From Candidatus Kuenenia stuttgartensis (GTDB taxonomy: Bacteria > Planctomycetota > Planctomycetia > Pirellulales > UBA1268): DNA of 64,000 nucleotides. The stretch spans positions 3,538-67,537 of the forward strand of contig CAMBSN010000004.1 of assembly GCA_945870505.1 (NCBI GenBank), written 5' to 3'. The translations under genes and the position numbers were made by a program. The notes beneath the pieces were generated by a model, which made no database searches, had not been told where the DNA came from, and saw nothing but the letters and a program-made list of their open reading frames with translations. Shown here piece after piece: positions 55,957-64,000 of this stretch; the first letter of the stretch is position 1, and every line of letters begins with the position of its first letter.

Positions 55957-57594
55957 TCAGGCGAGCTGGTGGATGCGGAGGTCGACGCCCGTGGCGGGCA
56001 TCTCGCCGGCCAACGCCGTGAAGGCGGGCGACGATGCGGCGAGCTGCTGGCGGACGGCAGTCGCGTCGTACAGGCCGCGGCGGCCGAGCATGTTCCAGAA
56101 CAGCCGGCCCTCGGGCCAGACGCCAGCTGGCGGCCGGATCGCCTGCCGGAAGCTCTGCGCGTGGTGGGCGACGTTGACCCACGTACCCGCACGCTCCGCG
56201 AAACCGGTCGCGGGCAGCCGCCAGGTGGCCAGCCGCATCAGCGGCGAGTCAAAGAGATCCTGCACGACGAGTTGCTTGAGATTGGCGAAGGCGTCTGCGA
56301 CGGCCGTGTCGATCCAGGGCCCGGGATAGCCGGCGGTGATCCACGCGGCGTCGGCTTTGCCGGCGGCGACGTGAGCGACGAGATCGTTCCAGGAATGGCC
56401 CCCCGCGCCGTAGAGGGCGAGAACTTCCTCGACGCCCTTGCGATTGGGGCACTTTTCCGCGCGGATCGTGAACCCGCCGGGAAAGGTCTCGTCTTCGCCC
56501 TTCACCGGCACGAAGCCGAGCGAGAGGAAGGCCTCGGGGTCGATCGATCGGGCGACGGCGCAGAGCATCCACGCCTCCTCAATCGTGAGCATGGGCGAGA
56601 CAGCCACCGCGAGCCGGCCCGCGGTCTTGAGGTCGTCGCGAAGCTTCACCACGACGTCGGCCCACTCGACCGTTTCGGTGGCGGGTGTGGCACCGCTGCC
56701 GCGGTGGCTGGGAGACGCTGCCTTGCGGGCGGCGTCGAGAATTCGCGACTGGTCGTGGAGGTGATGCCAGCCGTAGCGGCCCTCGTCGCAGATCCACCAC
56801 GTGTTGACGTGGGGGTTCTCGCGGGGCTTCAGCCGGTAGACGGCGTCCTGGTTGTGCTCGGTGTGGATCGAGCAGCCCGCGGAGCAGCCGCCGCAGACAT
56901 TGGCCTCACGCTTCAGGAACCAGACCCGCTGCTGGTAGAGGAAGTCCTTGTCGCCGAGCGCGCCGACCGGGCAGAGGTCGACCACGTTGCCCGAGAGCTT
57001 GTTGGCGAGCGGGTGGCCAGGGAAAACGTCGATCTCTTCCTTGGCGCCGCGGCTGGTGACCATCAACTCGGCGGTGCCGGAAATCTCACGAGTGAACCGC
57101 ACGCACCGCGTGCACATGATGCAGCGATCGACGAACAGCGTGACCGTCGGCCCGACATCCCGCTTGCGGCTGTGAAAAGGCTGCAAGTCCGCGCGCCGCT
57201 CTGGCTGGCCGTGCTGGAAGTGGTAGTCCTGCAGCAGGCACTCGCCGGCCTTGTCGCAGATCGGGCAGTCGATCGGGTGGTCGATGAGCAGTGCTTCCTC
57301 GACGCGGGCCCGACTGTCCTTGACGAGCGGGCTCTCAGTGACGATCACCGTGCCGTCCTTGACCGGTGTCTGGCAGCCAGGCACGAGCTTTGGCACCATC
57401 GTGATCTTGCCGGTGGCGGCGTCGCGCTGTCCGGTTTCGATGAGGCACATCCGGCAGCTGGCCACGACCGAGAGGCCCGGATGCCAGCAGTAATGCGGGA
57501 TCTCCTTGCCGGCGCGGCGCGCCACTTCGATGCAGTTGAGCCGCTCGTCGGCACCGATTTCGATCTCTTGTCCGTCGACGATGACGACCGGCAT
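55957..57594 (-). CDS. nuoG: NADH-quinone oxidoreductase subunit G (short form)
   Basis: 545 aa. N-terminal 2Fe-2S and 4Fe-4S cysteine clusters are present (CWHPGLSVVASCRMC, CPICDKAGEC, CIMCTRCVRF, CPVGAL), followed by a truncated molybdopterin-oxidoreductase-like region. Confidence 0.88.
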   Translation of the reverse strand: MPVVIVDGQEIEIGADERLNCIEVARRAGKEIPHYCWHPGLSVVASCRMCLIETGQRDAATGKITMVPKLVPGCQTPVKDGTVIVTESPLVKDSRARVEEALLIDHPIDCPICDKAGECLLQDYHFQHGQPERRADLQPFHSRKRDVGPTVTLFVDRCIMCTRCVRFTREISGTAELMVTSRGAKEEIDVFPGHPLANKLSGNVVDLCPVGALGDKDFLYQQRVWFLKREANVCGGCSAGCSIHTEHNQDAVYRLKPRENPHVNTWWICDEGRYGWHHLHDQSRILDAARKAASPSHRGSGATPATETVEWADVVVKLRDDLKTAGRLAVAVSPMLTIEEAWMLCAVARSIDPEAFLSLGFVPVKGEDETFPGGFTIRAEKCPNRKGVEEVLALYGAGGHSWNDLVAHVAAGKADAAWITAGYPGPWIDTAVADAFANLKQLVVQDLFDSPLMRLATWRLPATGFAERAGTWVNVAHHAQSFRQAIRPPAGVWPEGRLFWNMLGRRGLYDATAVRQQLAASSPAFTALAGEMPATGVDLRIHQLA

Positions 57595-58949
57595 CAGTGC
57601 GCTCCCGCGATCTGCAGGGCGGGGACGGGGTCGGTCACCATCCAGCCCGAGGGGTTGGTCCGCTTGATGTAATCCTCGAACTCGCTGTGGAACTTCTTGA
57701 TGGCGTTCTTCATCGGCCAGGCGGCGCCGTCTGCAAGACCGCAGATCGTGCTGCCCGGCATCATGCCCATCGTGTTTCCGATTTCAAGGAGGATGTCGAG
57801 GTCCTTGAGCCGGCCCTTGCCCGCCTTGATCCGTTCGAGAATCCGTAGCGACCAACTCGTGCCCTCGCGGCAGGGAGTGCACTGGCCGCATGACTCGTGG
57901 GCGAAGAACCGTGCCGAGTTGTGGAGGAAATCCACGATGCTGGTCTGGTCGTCGATCACCACGACGGCTGCCGTGCCGAGGCCGAGGCAGCCGACCTTGC
58001 CAGGCCCTGCGAAATCGAGCGGCGTGTCGAGTTCGCTCTCTGTCATCAGGCCCATCGAGATGCCACCCGGAATCACTGCCTTCGCCTTGCGTCCCTTCCA
58101 GACGCCGCCGCCGAAGCGGTCGATGAGTTCGCGGGCCGTGATGCCCAGCGGCGCCTCGTAGCAGCCCGGCTTCTCGACGTGGCCGGAGAGGCAGTAGAGC
58201 TTCGGTCCGTAGGAGCCAGGGTCGCGGGGGTTGGCAGGATCGGCAGGCACGCCAATCGACTTGAACCAATCGACGCCGCGGCGGGCGATCTGGGACACGC
58301 AGGCCATCGTCTCGATGTTGTTGACGACCGTCGGCTTGCGGAACAGCCCCTCGATCGCCGGGAACGGCGGCTTGATCCGCGGCCAGGCCCGCTTGCCCTC
58401 AAGGCTCTCGATCAGCCCCGTCTCCTCGCCGCAGATGTAGGCGGCCGCGCCGCGGTGGAGATAGATGTCGAGCGAAAAGCTCGTGCCGCGAATGTTCTTG
58501 CCAAGGTAGCCGGCGGCGTAGGCCTCGTCGATCGCGTCCTGCAGACGGTGCCAGCTCCGCGGATACTCATACCGCAGGTAGAGGTAGGCGGTGGAGGCTC
58601 GCGTGGCGAACGACGAGAGGATGATCCCCTCGATCACCTGATGCGGGTCGTCCTCCATCAGGATCCGGTTGTTGAACGTGCCCGGCTCGCTTTCGTCGGC
58701 GTTGATGCAGAGGTAGATCGGGCCGGGGTGGTCTTTCGGCAGGAAGGTCCACTTGAGGCCCGTGGGGAAGCCGGCGCCGCCGCGGCCGCGGAGCCCCGAG
58801 GCCTTGACCATCTCGATCACATCGGCGGGCTGTTTGCCGGCGAGCGTGGCCTCGAGCGGCGCGTAGCCACCACGGCTCTTGTAACTGGCAATGGTGTGGC
58901 CGTCGGGCACGCCCACGGCTTCGAGAAGGACGGGCTTGAATGGTGTCAT
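57594..58949 (-). CDS. nuoF: NADH-quinone oxidoreductase subunit F
   Basis: 451 aa. GLRGRGGAGFPTGLKW, NADESEPGTF and ESCGQCTPCREG are present. Confidence 0.92.
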   Translation of the reverse strand: MTPFKPVLLEAVGVPDGHTIASYKSRGGYAPLEATLAGKQPADVIEMVKASGLRGRGGAGFPTGLKWTFLPKDHPGPIYLCINADESEPGTFNNRILMEDDPHQVIEGIILSSFATRASTAYLYLRYEYPRSWHRLQDAIDEAYAAGYLGKNIRGTSFSLDIYLHRGAAAYICGEETGLIESLEGKRAWPRIKPPFPAIEGLFRKPTVVNNIETMACVSQIARRGVDWFKSIGVPADPANPRDPGSYGPKLYCLSGHVEKPGCYEAPLGITARELIDRFGGGVWKGRKAKAVIPGGISMGLMTESELDTPLDFAGPGKVGCLGLGTAAVVVIDDQTSIVDFLHNSARFFAHESCGQCTPCREGTSWSLRILERIKAGKGRLKDLDILLEIGNTMGMMPGSTICGLADGAAWPMKNAIKKFHSEFEDYIKRTNPSGWMVTDPVPALQIAGAH

Positions 58950-58950
58950 G

Positions 58951-59451
58951 TCAGGTGGCCCTCGCCCGCGGTTTGTTGAGTTCCGCCTCGGCGGTCTCGG
59001 GAGTCATATTCTTGAGCAGGTCGTCGTTGGCGAGGATGCAGGGGGCGAAGTCGCAGGCGCCCAGGCATTCGGCCGGCTCGATCGTCAACTCGCCGTTGGC
59101 GGTCGTGCCATAGGGCTCGACCCCGTTCGTCTTGCAGAGGTGCTCGAGCAGGTGGTCGCCTCCCCGGAGGGCGCAGGAGACCGAGCGGCAGACGAAGGCC
59201 CGCACTTTCCCGTGCGGCTTTTCCTGGTGAAAGAACTGGTAGAAGGTGAGCGTGTCCTGCACCTCGGCCGGGGCGAGGCCGAGGATCGCCGCGATCTCGA
59301 CAACAGCACCAAGGGGCACGTGGCGGAGTTCGGCGTTGACGATGTGCAGCGCCGGGAGCGTGAGGGCACGGCGATTCGGGTACCGCGGCGCGAGCGCCTC
59401 GATCTTGGCCACCATCTCGTCGGTGAGGTACGTGCGACCGGGGGCGATCAT
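58951..59451 (-). CDS. nuoE: NADH-quinone oxidoreductase subunit E
   Basis: 166 aa from the ATG at 59451. 2Fe-2S motifs are present (CRSVSCALRG ... CLGACDFAP). The upstream ORF codons lie in a repeat element. Confidence 0.88.
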   Translation of the reverse strand: MIAPGRTYLTDEMVAKIEALAPRYPNRRALTLPALHIVNAELRHVPLGAVVEIAAILGLAPAEVQDTLTFYQFFHQEKPHGKVRAFVCRSVSCALRGGDHLLEHLCKTNGVEPYGTTANGELTIEPAECLGACDFAPCILANDDLLKNMTPETAEAELNKPRARAT

Positions 59452-59476
59452 GGGCGCTCCGTGGGTGGTGTCGGAC

Positions 59477-59607
59477 GGGGTTGCCCATGCCATCTCGCTC
59501 GGACGTTCGCTGCGGGCATCCTGCCCTCCGCTCTCTCGATGCCGTCTGCGCTCCGCCATCCTGGCTCCGCTGGCCGGCAACGCCGGCTCGAGGGCACGGG
59601 CAGCCCC
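59477..59607. repeat. 131-bp inverted-repeat element inserted between nuoD and nuoE
   Basis: The ends ggggttgcccatgcc ... gggcacgggcagcccc and the interior (gctgcgggcatcctgccct.cgctc.ctcgatgc...ccgccatcctggctccgct) closely match the element at 7913-8041. Confidence 0.85.
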
Positions 59608-59638
59608 GTCCTCCTCGACCATGTGGCATTTGTTCCCG

Positions 59639-60871
59639 TCATCGGTCGAGCTCCGCGGCGATGATGTTGAGGCTGCCGAGCACGGCCACCACGTCAGAGA
59701 GCGTGTGGCCGCGGATCAGCTGCGGGAAGAGGGCGAAGTGGGGCACGGACGGGGGGCGGCAGCGGGCGCGGTACGCGTTTTCCGTGCCGTCGCCCACGAT
59801 GTAGAAGCCGAGCTCGCCGTTGGGGGCCTCGATCGCCGCGTACGACTCCTCATAAGGCACCTCGAAGCCGCGATTGGCCATCGAGAGCTCAAAGTGCGAG
59901 ATCGTGCCCTCGATCGACGAATAGACCTGCTGCTTTGTGGGCCGAGCCACCCGCTGGTCGATGCTCACGTTGACTTCGCCTGAAGGCAGGTTTTCGAGGG
60001 CCTGCGCGACGAGCTTCAAGCTCTCCCGCATCTCCTGCATCCGCACCAGATACCGAGAGTAGCAGTCGCCGGCGCTGGCGCAGCAGACCTGAAAATCGAG
60101 GTCTCCGTAGGCGAGATAGGGCTCATCCTTGCGGAGGTCGCGCGTGACGCCACTGGCCCGGGCGACCGGTCCGGAGGCGCTGCCGTTGGTAGCCTCCTCT
60201 TTCGAGAGCAAACCCACGCCCTTCGTGCGGTCGACGAAGATTCGGTTCCTGGTGAGGAGCCGCTCCATGTCATCGAGCGTCTTGGGGAACGTGCGGATGA
60301 AGGCCCGAATCTTCTCGATCACCAGCGGCGTGAAGTCGTGTGAGACGCCGCCGACCCGCGTGTAGGAGGTGGTGAACCGGGCGCCGCAGAGAGTCTCGAA
60401 GATGTCGTAGATCACTTCCCGCTGATAGAAGCCATACAGGAAGAAGGTGAACGCACCCGTGTCGAGGCCGACCGCGCCGTTGCTGAGCAGGTGATCGCTG
60501 ATCCTCGCCAGTTCGGCGATGATCGTGCGGATGTAGGTGCACCGGGGCGTCAACTGGATGCCCAGCAGCGTCTCCACTGCATGGTGCCAGGCGACGTTGT
60601 TGGCCATCGGCGAGATGTAGTTCATCCGGTCCGTCACGGTGACGTACTGGTTGAACGTGAGGTGCTCGCCGATCTTCTCGAAGCCCGAGTGGAGATAGCC
60701 CATCTCGGGCATCGCGTCGACCACCCGCTCACCGTCGAGTTTGAGCACGAGCCTGAGCGTGGTGTGCGTGGCGGGGTGCTGCGGACCGAAGTTGAGTGTC
60801 CAGAGGTAGTCCTCGCTCCGGGCGCCCGCTTCGGGGCCGTGGGTGTCGAACGTGGGCGTGGCGATGGACAT
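59639..60871 (-). CDS. nuoD: NADH-quinone oxidoreductase subunit D
   Basis: 410 aa. LNFGPQHPATHTTLRLVL, GYLHSGFEK, and the C-terminal LGSLNIIAAELDR. Confidence 0.92.
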   Translation of the reverse strand: MSIATPTFDTHGPEAGARSEDYLWTLNFGPQHPATHTTLRLVLKLDGERVVDAMPEMGYLHSGFEKIGEHLTFNQYVTVTDRMNYISPMANNVAWHHAVETLLGIQLTPRCTYIRTIIAELARISDHLLSNGAVGLDTGAFTFFLYGFYQREVIYDIFETLCGARFTTSYTRVGGVSHDFTPLVIEKIRAFIRTFPKTLDDMERLLTRNRIFVDRTKGVGLLSKEEATNGSASGPVARASGVTRDLRKDEPYLAYGDLDFQVCCASAGDCYSRYLVRMQEMRESLKLVAQALENLPSGEVNVSIDQRVARPTKQQVYSSIEGTISHFELSMANRGFEVPYEESYAAIEAPNGELGFYIVGDGTENAYRARCRPPSVPHFALFPQLIRGHTLSDVVAVLGSLNIIAAELDR

Positions 60872-60874
60872 GGG

Positions 60875-61384
60875 CTAACTGTGGTCGCGGGTGATGACGG
60901 GGAAGTTGTGCCGCTCGCCGCGGCCCTGCAACGGATAGTCCTTCCGCAGCGGGTGCGCGGTGAACTCCTCGGGCATCACGAGGCGGCGGAGATCGGGGTG
61001 ACCGGTGAAGCGGATGCCGAACAGGTCCCAGACCTCGCGCTCCAGCCAGTTGGCACCTGCCCAGAGCGAGACAACGCTCCGCACCGTCGGGTCGGGATCG
61101 TCAACGAACACGCGGACCGTGAGCCGTTGGTTGGTCGTTGTCGAGGCGAGCAGGTAGACGAGACCGTAGCGGTGCTTGGCGTCGCGATACTCGAGGTAGT
61201 CGACGCAGGTGACGTCGACGAGCAGATCGAAGCCCCGCTCTTTGAGCCAGGCGAGCGCGTCGAACGACAGGTCGGCCGGCACGACCACCCGGGTCTGGCC
61301 GCGGTACACGCTCGCGTCGAGGGTCCCGAACCGGTCCGTAAGACCGGCGAGCACGTCGTCAACGGATGGTGGTGTGAAGGGCAT
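60875..61384 (-). CDS. nuoC: NADH-quinone oxidoreductase subunit C
   Basis: 169 aa from the ATG at 61384. VDVTCVDYLEY, ANWLEREVWDLFGIRFTGHPDLRRL. Confidence 0.88.
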   Translation of the reverse strand: MPFTPPSVDDVLAGLTDRFGTLDASVYRGQTRVVVPADLSFDALAWLKERGFDLLVDVTCVDYLEYRDAKHRYGLVYLLASTTTNQRLTVRVFVDDPDPTVRSVVSLWAGANWLEREVWDLFGIRFTGHPDLRRLVMPEEFTAHPLRKDYPLQGRGERHNFPVITRDHS

Positions 61385-61404
61385 CGTTGGAGGCGTGAGG
61401 AGGG

Positions 61405-62043
61405 TCAGGTGCGAGACGTAATAGCCTCGGCCGCGGCGGCGAGTTCCCGCTGCAGCACGGGATTGCGAGAGGCGTCGATCGCTGCGTGGCCGGTGATCTC
61501 GACCAGCGCTCGCTTCCGCAGCTGGCGGCCGACCGTGTCGAACTCGCGGCCGGTGATCGTCCCTTCCCGCTGGATCTTGTCCTGGAGGTCGATGATCGCC
61601 TGGATCAGCTGCTCGGGCCGCGGTGGGCAGCCGGGCACGTACATGTCGACCGGGATGAAGCGGTCGATGCCCTGCACGACGGCATAGGTGTCGAACACGC
61701 CGCCCGTGCTCGCACAGGCACCCATCGAAATGCACCACTTCGGCTCGTGCATCTGCTGCCAGATCCGCTGCAGCACCGGGAGCATCTTCATCACCACGCG
61801 GCCGGCCACGATCATCAGGTCGCACTGCCGCGGGCTGAAGCGGAAGACTTCGGCGCCGAAGCGGGCCAGGTCGTGCTTGGCCGCACCGGTGGCCATCAGC
61901 TCGATGCCGCAGCAGGCCGTGGAAAAGGGCATCGGCCAGAGGCTGTTCTTACGGCACCAGTTCGCCAAGGCGTCGAGCCGGCTGACCACGACGTTTTCAG
62001 GCAACTCGATCCGTCCGCCGGATCCGGAAGGCATCACCGCCAT
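61405..62043 (-). CDS. nuoB: NADH-quinone oxidoreductase subunit B
   Basis: 212 aa. SLWPMPFSTACCGIE, ISMGACASTGG, VPGCPPRPE. Confidence 0.92.
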   Translation of the reverse strand: MAVMPSGSGGRIELPENVVVSRLDALANWCRKNSLWPMPFSTACCGIELMATGAAKHDLARFGAEVFRFSPRQCDLMIVAGRVVMKMLPVLQRIWQQMHEPKWCISMGACASTGGVFDTYAVVQGIDRFIPVDMYVPGCPPRPEQLIQAIIDLQDKIQREGTITGREFDTVGRQLRKRALVEITGHAAIDASRNPVLQRELAAAAEAITSRT

Positions 62044-62429
62044 CGGAAAACCCCCTTTCGCCAGTCATAGGCGAAGCCCACGATCACCATCGCGATGAAC
62101 AGCATCGCGCCGCCGAAGACGAGTCCGCGAGAGGAAACGAGGCCGCCCTGCACCGCGGCGTCGACCCCGGCCGCCGAGCGGCTCGCCACTGCCCATGGAT
62201 AGAGAAAGAGCAGTTCGACATCGAACACGAGGAACGTGATCGCCACCAGGTGGAAGCGGACGTCGAACCGCCGTCGCGTGTCATGGACGGGGTCCATGCC
62301 GCTCTCGTACGGCATTTCCTTGACGGCGCCCGAGCGATGGGGGCCGACGAGGCTGGCAAAGACCACCAGCCCGACCGACACGGCCGCCGCGATCGCGACG
62401 AACAGCAGGACTGGCAGGATCGCGTCCAT
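62034..62429 (-). CDS. nuoA: NADH-quinone oxidoreductase subunit A
   Basis: 131 aa. YESGMDPV, FLVFDVELLFLYPWA. It is the first gene of the operon. Confidence 0.9.
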   Translation of the reverse strand: MDAILPVLLFVAIAAAVSVGLVVFASLVGPHRSGAVKEMPYESGMDPVHDTRRRFDVRFHLVAITFLVFDVELLFLYPWAVASRSAAGVDAAVQGGLVSSRGLVFGGAMLFIAMVIVGFAYDWRKGVFRWR

Positions 62430-62518
62430 GAAAGCTCGGGGGCGGTGCGGAAGGGGGCGATGTGCGTTTTTCGGCCGCGGAAACCGACTTCGTGAAATTC
62501 GTCACAAAGTCGGCCCGC

Positions 62519-62550
62519 AAAAAAGCCGGTGGGCGTTCCGCCCGCCGGCT
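62519..62550 (-). terminator. Intrinsic-terminator-like hairpin plus U-tract after the RgpF-like gene, upstream of nuoA
   Basis: The minus strand reads ccggcgggcg-gaa-cgcccaccgg (9 of 10 pairs) followed by cttttttg. It lies about 95 nt after the stop at 62646. Confidence 0.6.
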
Positions 62551-62645
62551 CGGCCATGACCGTCACAGTTATACCGGCCTCGATTCCGGGCGACGAGTCG
62601 GATCGGTTTCCCGGGGACCAGCCACCGGTCGAGCCCGGTCCGGGG

Positions 62646-63548
62646 CTAGCCGCAGCGGGCCAGATGGCCGTGGATGAGGCCTCGATCAAAGGGGGTCTGC
62701 CGGCCGAGTTCGCTGAGGACCCGATCGAGGTCGATCCCGTAGTGGTTCACGCGAAACAGGCCAACCTTGACGAAGGGCACCCCCGCCTCGAAGAGCCGCC
62801 ACCAGACGAGTTCGCTGGGGTTGTGAGGCGTGCGGCGGCTTTTTCGGATCAGCCGCCACGACCGGTAGGGTGCGGAGAGCGAGACGTGCGGCATGATCTC
62901 CCGCAGGGCAACCCGGGGGGCAGTCGTGGCGTCGTACAGCCCGGCGATTTGGAAACCGGCCTCAACAGCAGACCGCGACAGCCCGATCTCGAACCGTTCG
63001 ACGATCTCCCGCTTCGTTGGCGCCGGCTCGACCGCGGACCAGAAGGTGTCGAACCATGCTGACTCGAGCAGCGGCCGGCGCATGGCGAAAAACCACGATT
63101 GCAGGTGCGGGATGCGGGGGCCGTCGCGGCCCGTCGGCTGCTCAGAGAGCACCATGCCCCAGAGGTCGGCTGCCGCCGTGCGGGGGTCGTCGAAGGCTGG
63201 GGCAAGGTCGAAGAGCGGTCCGTAGACGCTGTCGTTGACGCAAACGATCTCGTCGTAGTCGCCGCGGTCGAGCGTGGCGAGGCCGTCTTTCCAGGCACCG
63301 AAGTCGTAGCCCACGTTGGGTCTCGGCAGGTAGTCGTCGACGAGCGCTGCGAGGTCGCGTGGCAGGCGTCCGCCGCCGTTTGATACGAGCACCAGCCGCT
63401 CCGCGAGCCTGCGGTAGGCCCGGGCGGCGTGCGTCACATGCGGATCGAAGCGGCCGTGCGGGTCGAAGTGTGCCAGCACGATCGCGCGGCGAGCGACTGG
63501 CCGCTGCAACCGCAGGATCACCTCGTTGCCGGCGGACGGCGCGGACAT
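62646..63548 (-). CDS. Rhamnan synthesis protein F (RgpF)-like family protein
   Basis: 300 aa. VLAHFDPHGRFDPHV, GYDFGAWKDGL, CVNDSVYGP and HLQSWFFAMRR are family-like blocks. The start overlaps the upstream GT2 stop by 1 nt. Confidence 0.7.
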   Translation of the reverse strand: MSAPSAGNEVILRLQRPVARRAIVLAHFDPHGRFDPHVTHAARAYRRLAERLVLVSNGGGRLPRDLAALVDDYLPRPNVGYDFGAWKDGLATLDRGDYDEIVCVNDSVYGPLFDLAPAFDDPRTAAADLWGMVLSEQPTGRDGPRIPHLQSWFFAMRRPLLESAWFDTFWSAVEPAPTKREIVERFEIGLSRSAVEAGFQIAGLYDATTAPRVALREIMPHVSLSAPYRSWRLIRKSRRTPHNPSELVWWRLFEAGVPFVKVGLFRVNHYGIDLDRVLSELGRQTPFDRGLIHGHLARCG

Positions 63549-64000
63549 CAGGCCGCCCGCCGCAGAATGGGCTCATCGCGGAGCCGGGCTCGCAGCGACG
63601 CGAGACGTCTTGTGGCGACCCCCTGCACAGCCCTCCCGTCGAGCACATCGAGGATGTCGGGGATCGCCCTCAGGGTTGCTGCGGCCGCAGCCGTGGCGCC
63701 GGCGGCCAGCTGCCGCTCTGCGGTGCGAATGGCCGATGCGGCGTGCCAACGGACGCTCGCGGCGAGCGTGGCCTCGCGGATCGAGTCGGGCAGCGAGGCG
63801 GCGTTGATTCGTAGGGCACGGGCCATGTCGGGCCAGACCGCACCGGATGCGAACAGGCGGGTGGTTTCGTTGGCCATGTGGCGGCGGTAGATCGCGAGCG
63901 ACCTGGGCTCGTACCAGACGCGATACCGCGCGGCGATCCGCACCCACATCTCCCAGTCGAGGGCGTGACAGAGATCGTTACGGTAGCCACCGATGGACTC
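63548..64000 (-). CDS. Glycosyltransferase family 2 protein, C-terminal part (5' end outside the window)
   Basis: The frame stays open to nt 64000. It reads ...ESIGGYRNDLCHALDWEMWVRIAARYRVWYEPRSLAIYRRH, a typical GT2 C-terminal region, followed by a helical tail. Confidence 0.65.
   Translation of the reverse strand, partial: ESIGGYRNDLCHALDWEMWVRIAARYRVWYEPRSLAIYRRHMANETTRLFASGAVWPDMARALRINAASLPDSIREATLAASVRWHAASAIRTAERQLAAGATAAAAATLRAIPDILDVLDGRAVQGVATRRLASLRARLRDEPILRRAA

Overview
This is a very GC-rich, gene-dense chromosomal segment whose gene content points to Planctomycetota, probably Pirellulales-like. The markers are a DUF1549/DUF1553 + DUF1501 pair, a DUF1559 prepilin-like protein, a YTV-repeat protein and a Ser/Thr kinase-WD40 fusion. 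I recognise about 55 protein-coding genes. I see no rRNA, tRNA, CRISPR array, transposase, integrase or phage genes.

Main blocks:
- A lone topoisomerase VI subunit B-like gene (4151-6385).
- A cyanophycin locus: cphA, divergently oriented from an ABC exporter and a DUF1854 gene (12306-18830).
- An mlaEFD-like lipid transport operon.
- An overlapping HPF/RaiA + phosphoribosyltransferase pair.
- clpC and thiE.
- A CYTH protein carrying an in-frame 30-bp tandem repeat.
- An lpxB / M50 protease / SGNH hydrolase operon.
- A complete 14-gene nuoA-N operon on the minus strand (47256-62429). Its last gene overlaps the start of an Mrp/ApbC Fe-S carrier gene by one base.
- Start of a glycan synthesis cluster (RgpF-like plus GT2) at the right edge.

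The structure not explained by genes is a dense family of interspersed palindromic or mosaic repeats at eight or more intergenic loci. It has three module types: a 21-23 bp hairpin (GTAGCACAGGTT-NNN-AACCTGTG and stem variants with matched substitutions), a roughly 130-160 bp element with 16-bp terminal inverted repeats, and a 99-bp tandem unit. One long element sits inside the nuo operon and another supplies the 3' end of a creatininase-family ORF.

I found no convincing self-contained novel multi-gene system such as a defence island. The most interesting leads are the orphan Top6B with Lys-rich tails, the nuo-mrp coupling, the repeat family, the cyanophycin/ABC/DUF1854 locus with its 968-bp spacer, and a 62-bp module duplicated at two divergent start regions. 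All family calls come from motif recognition by eye, not from searches.
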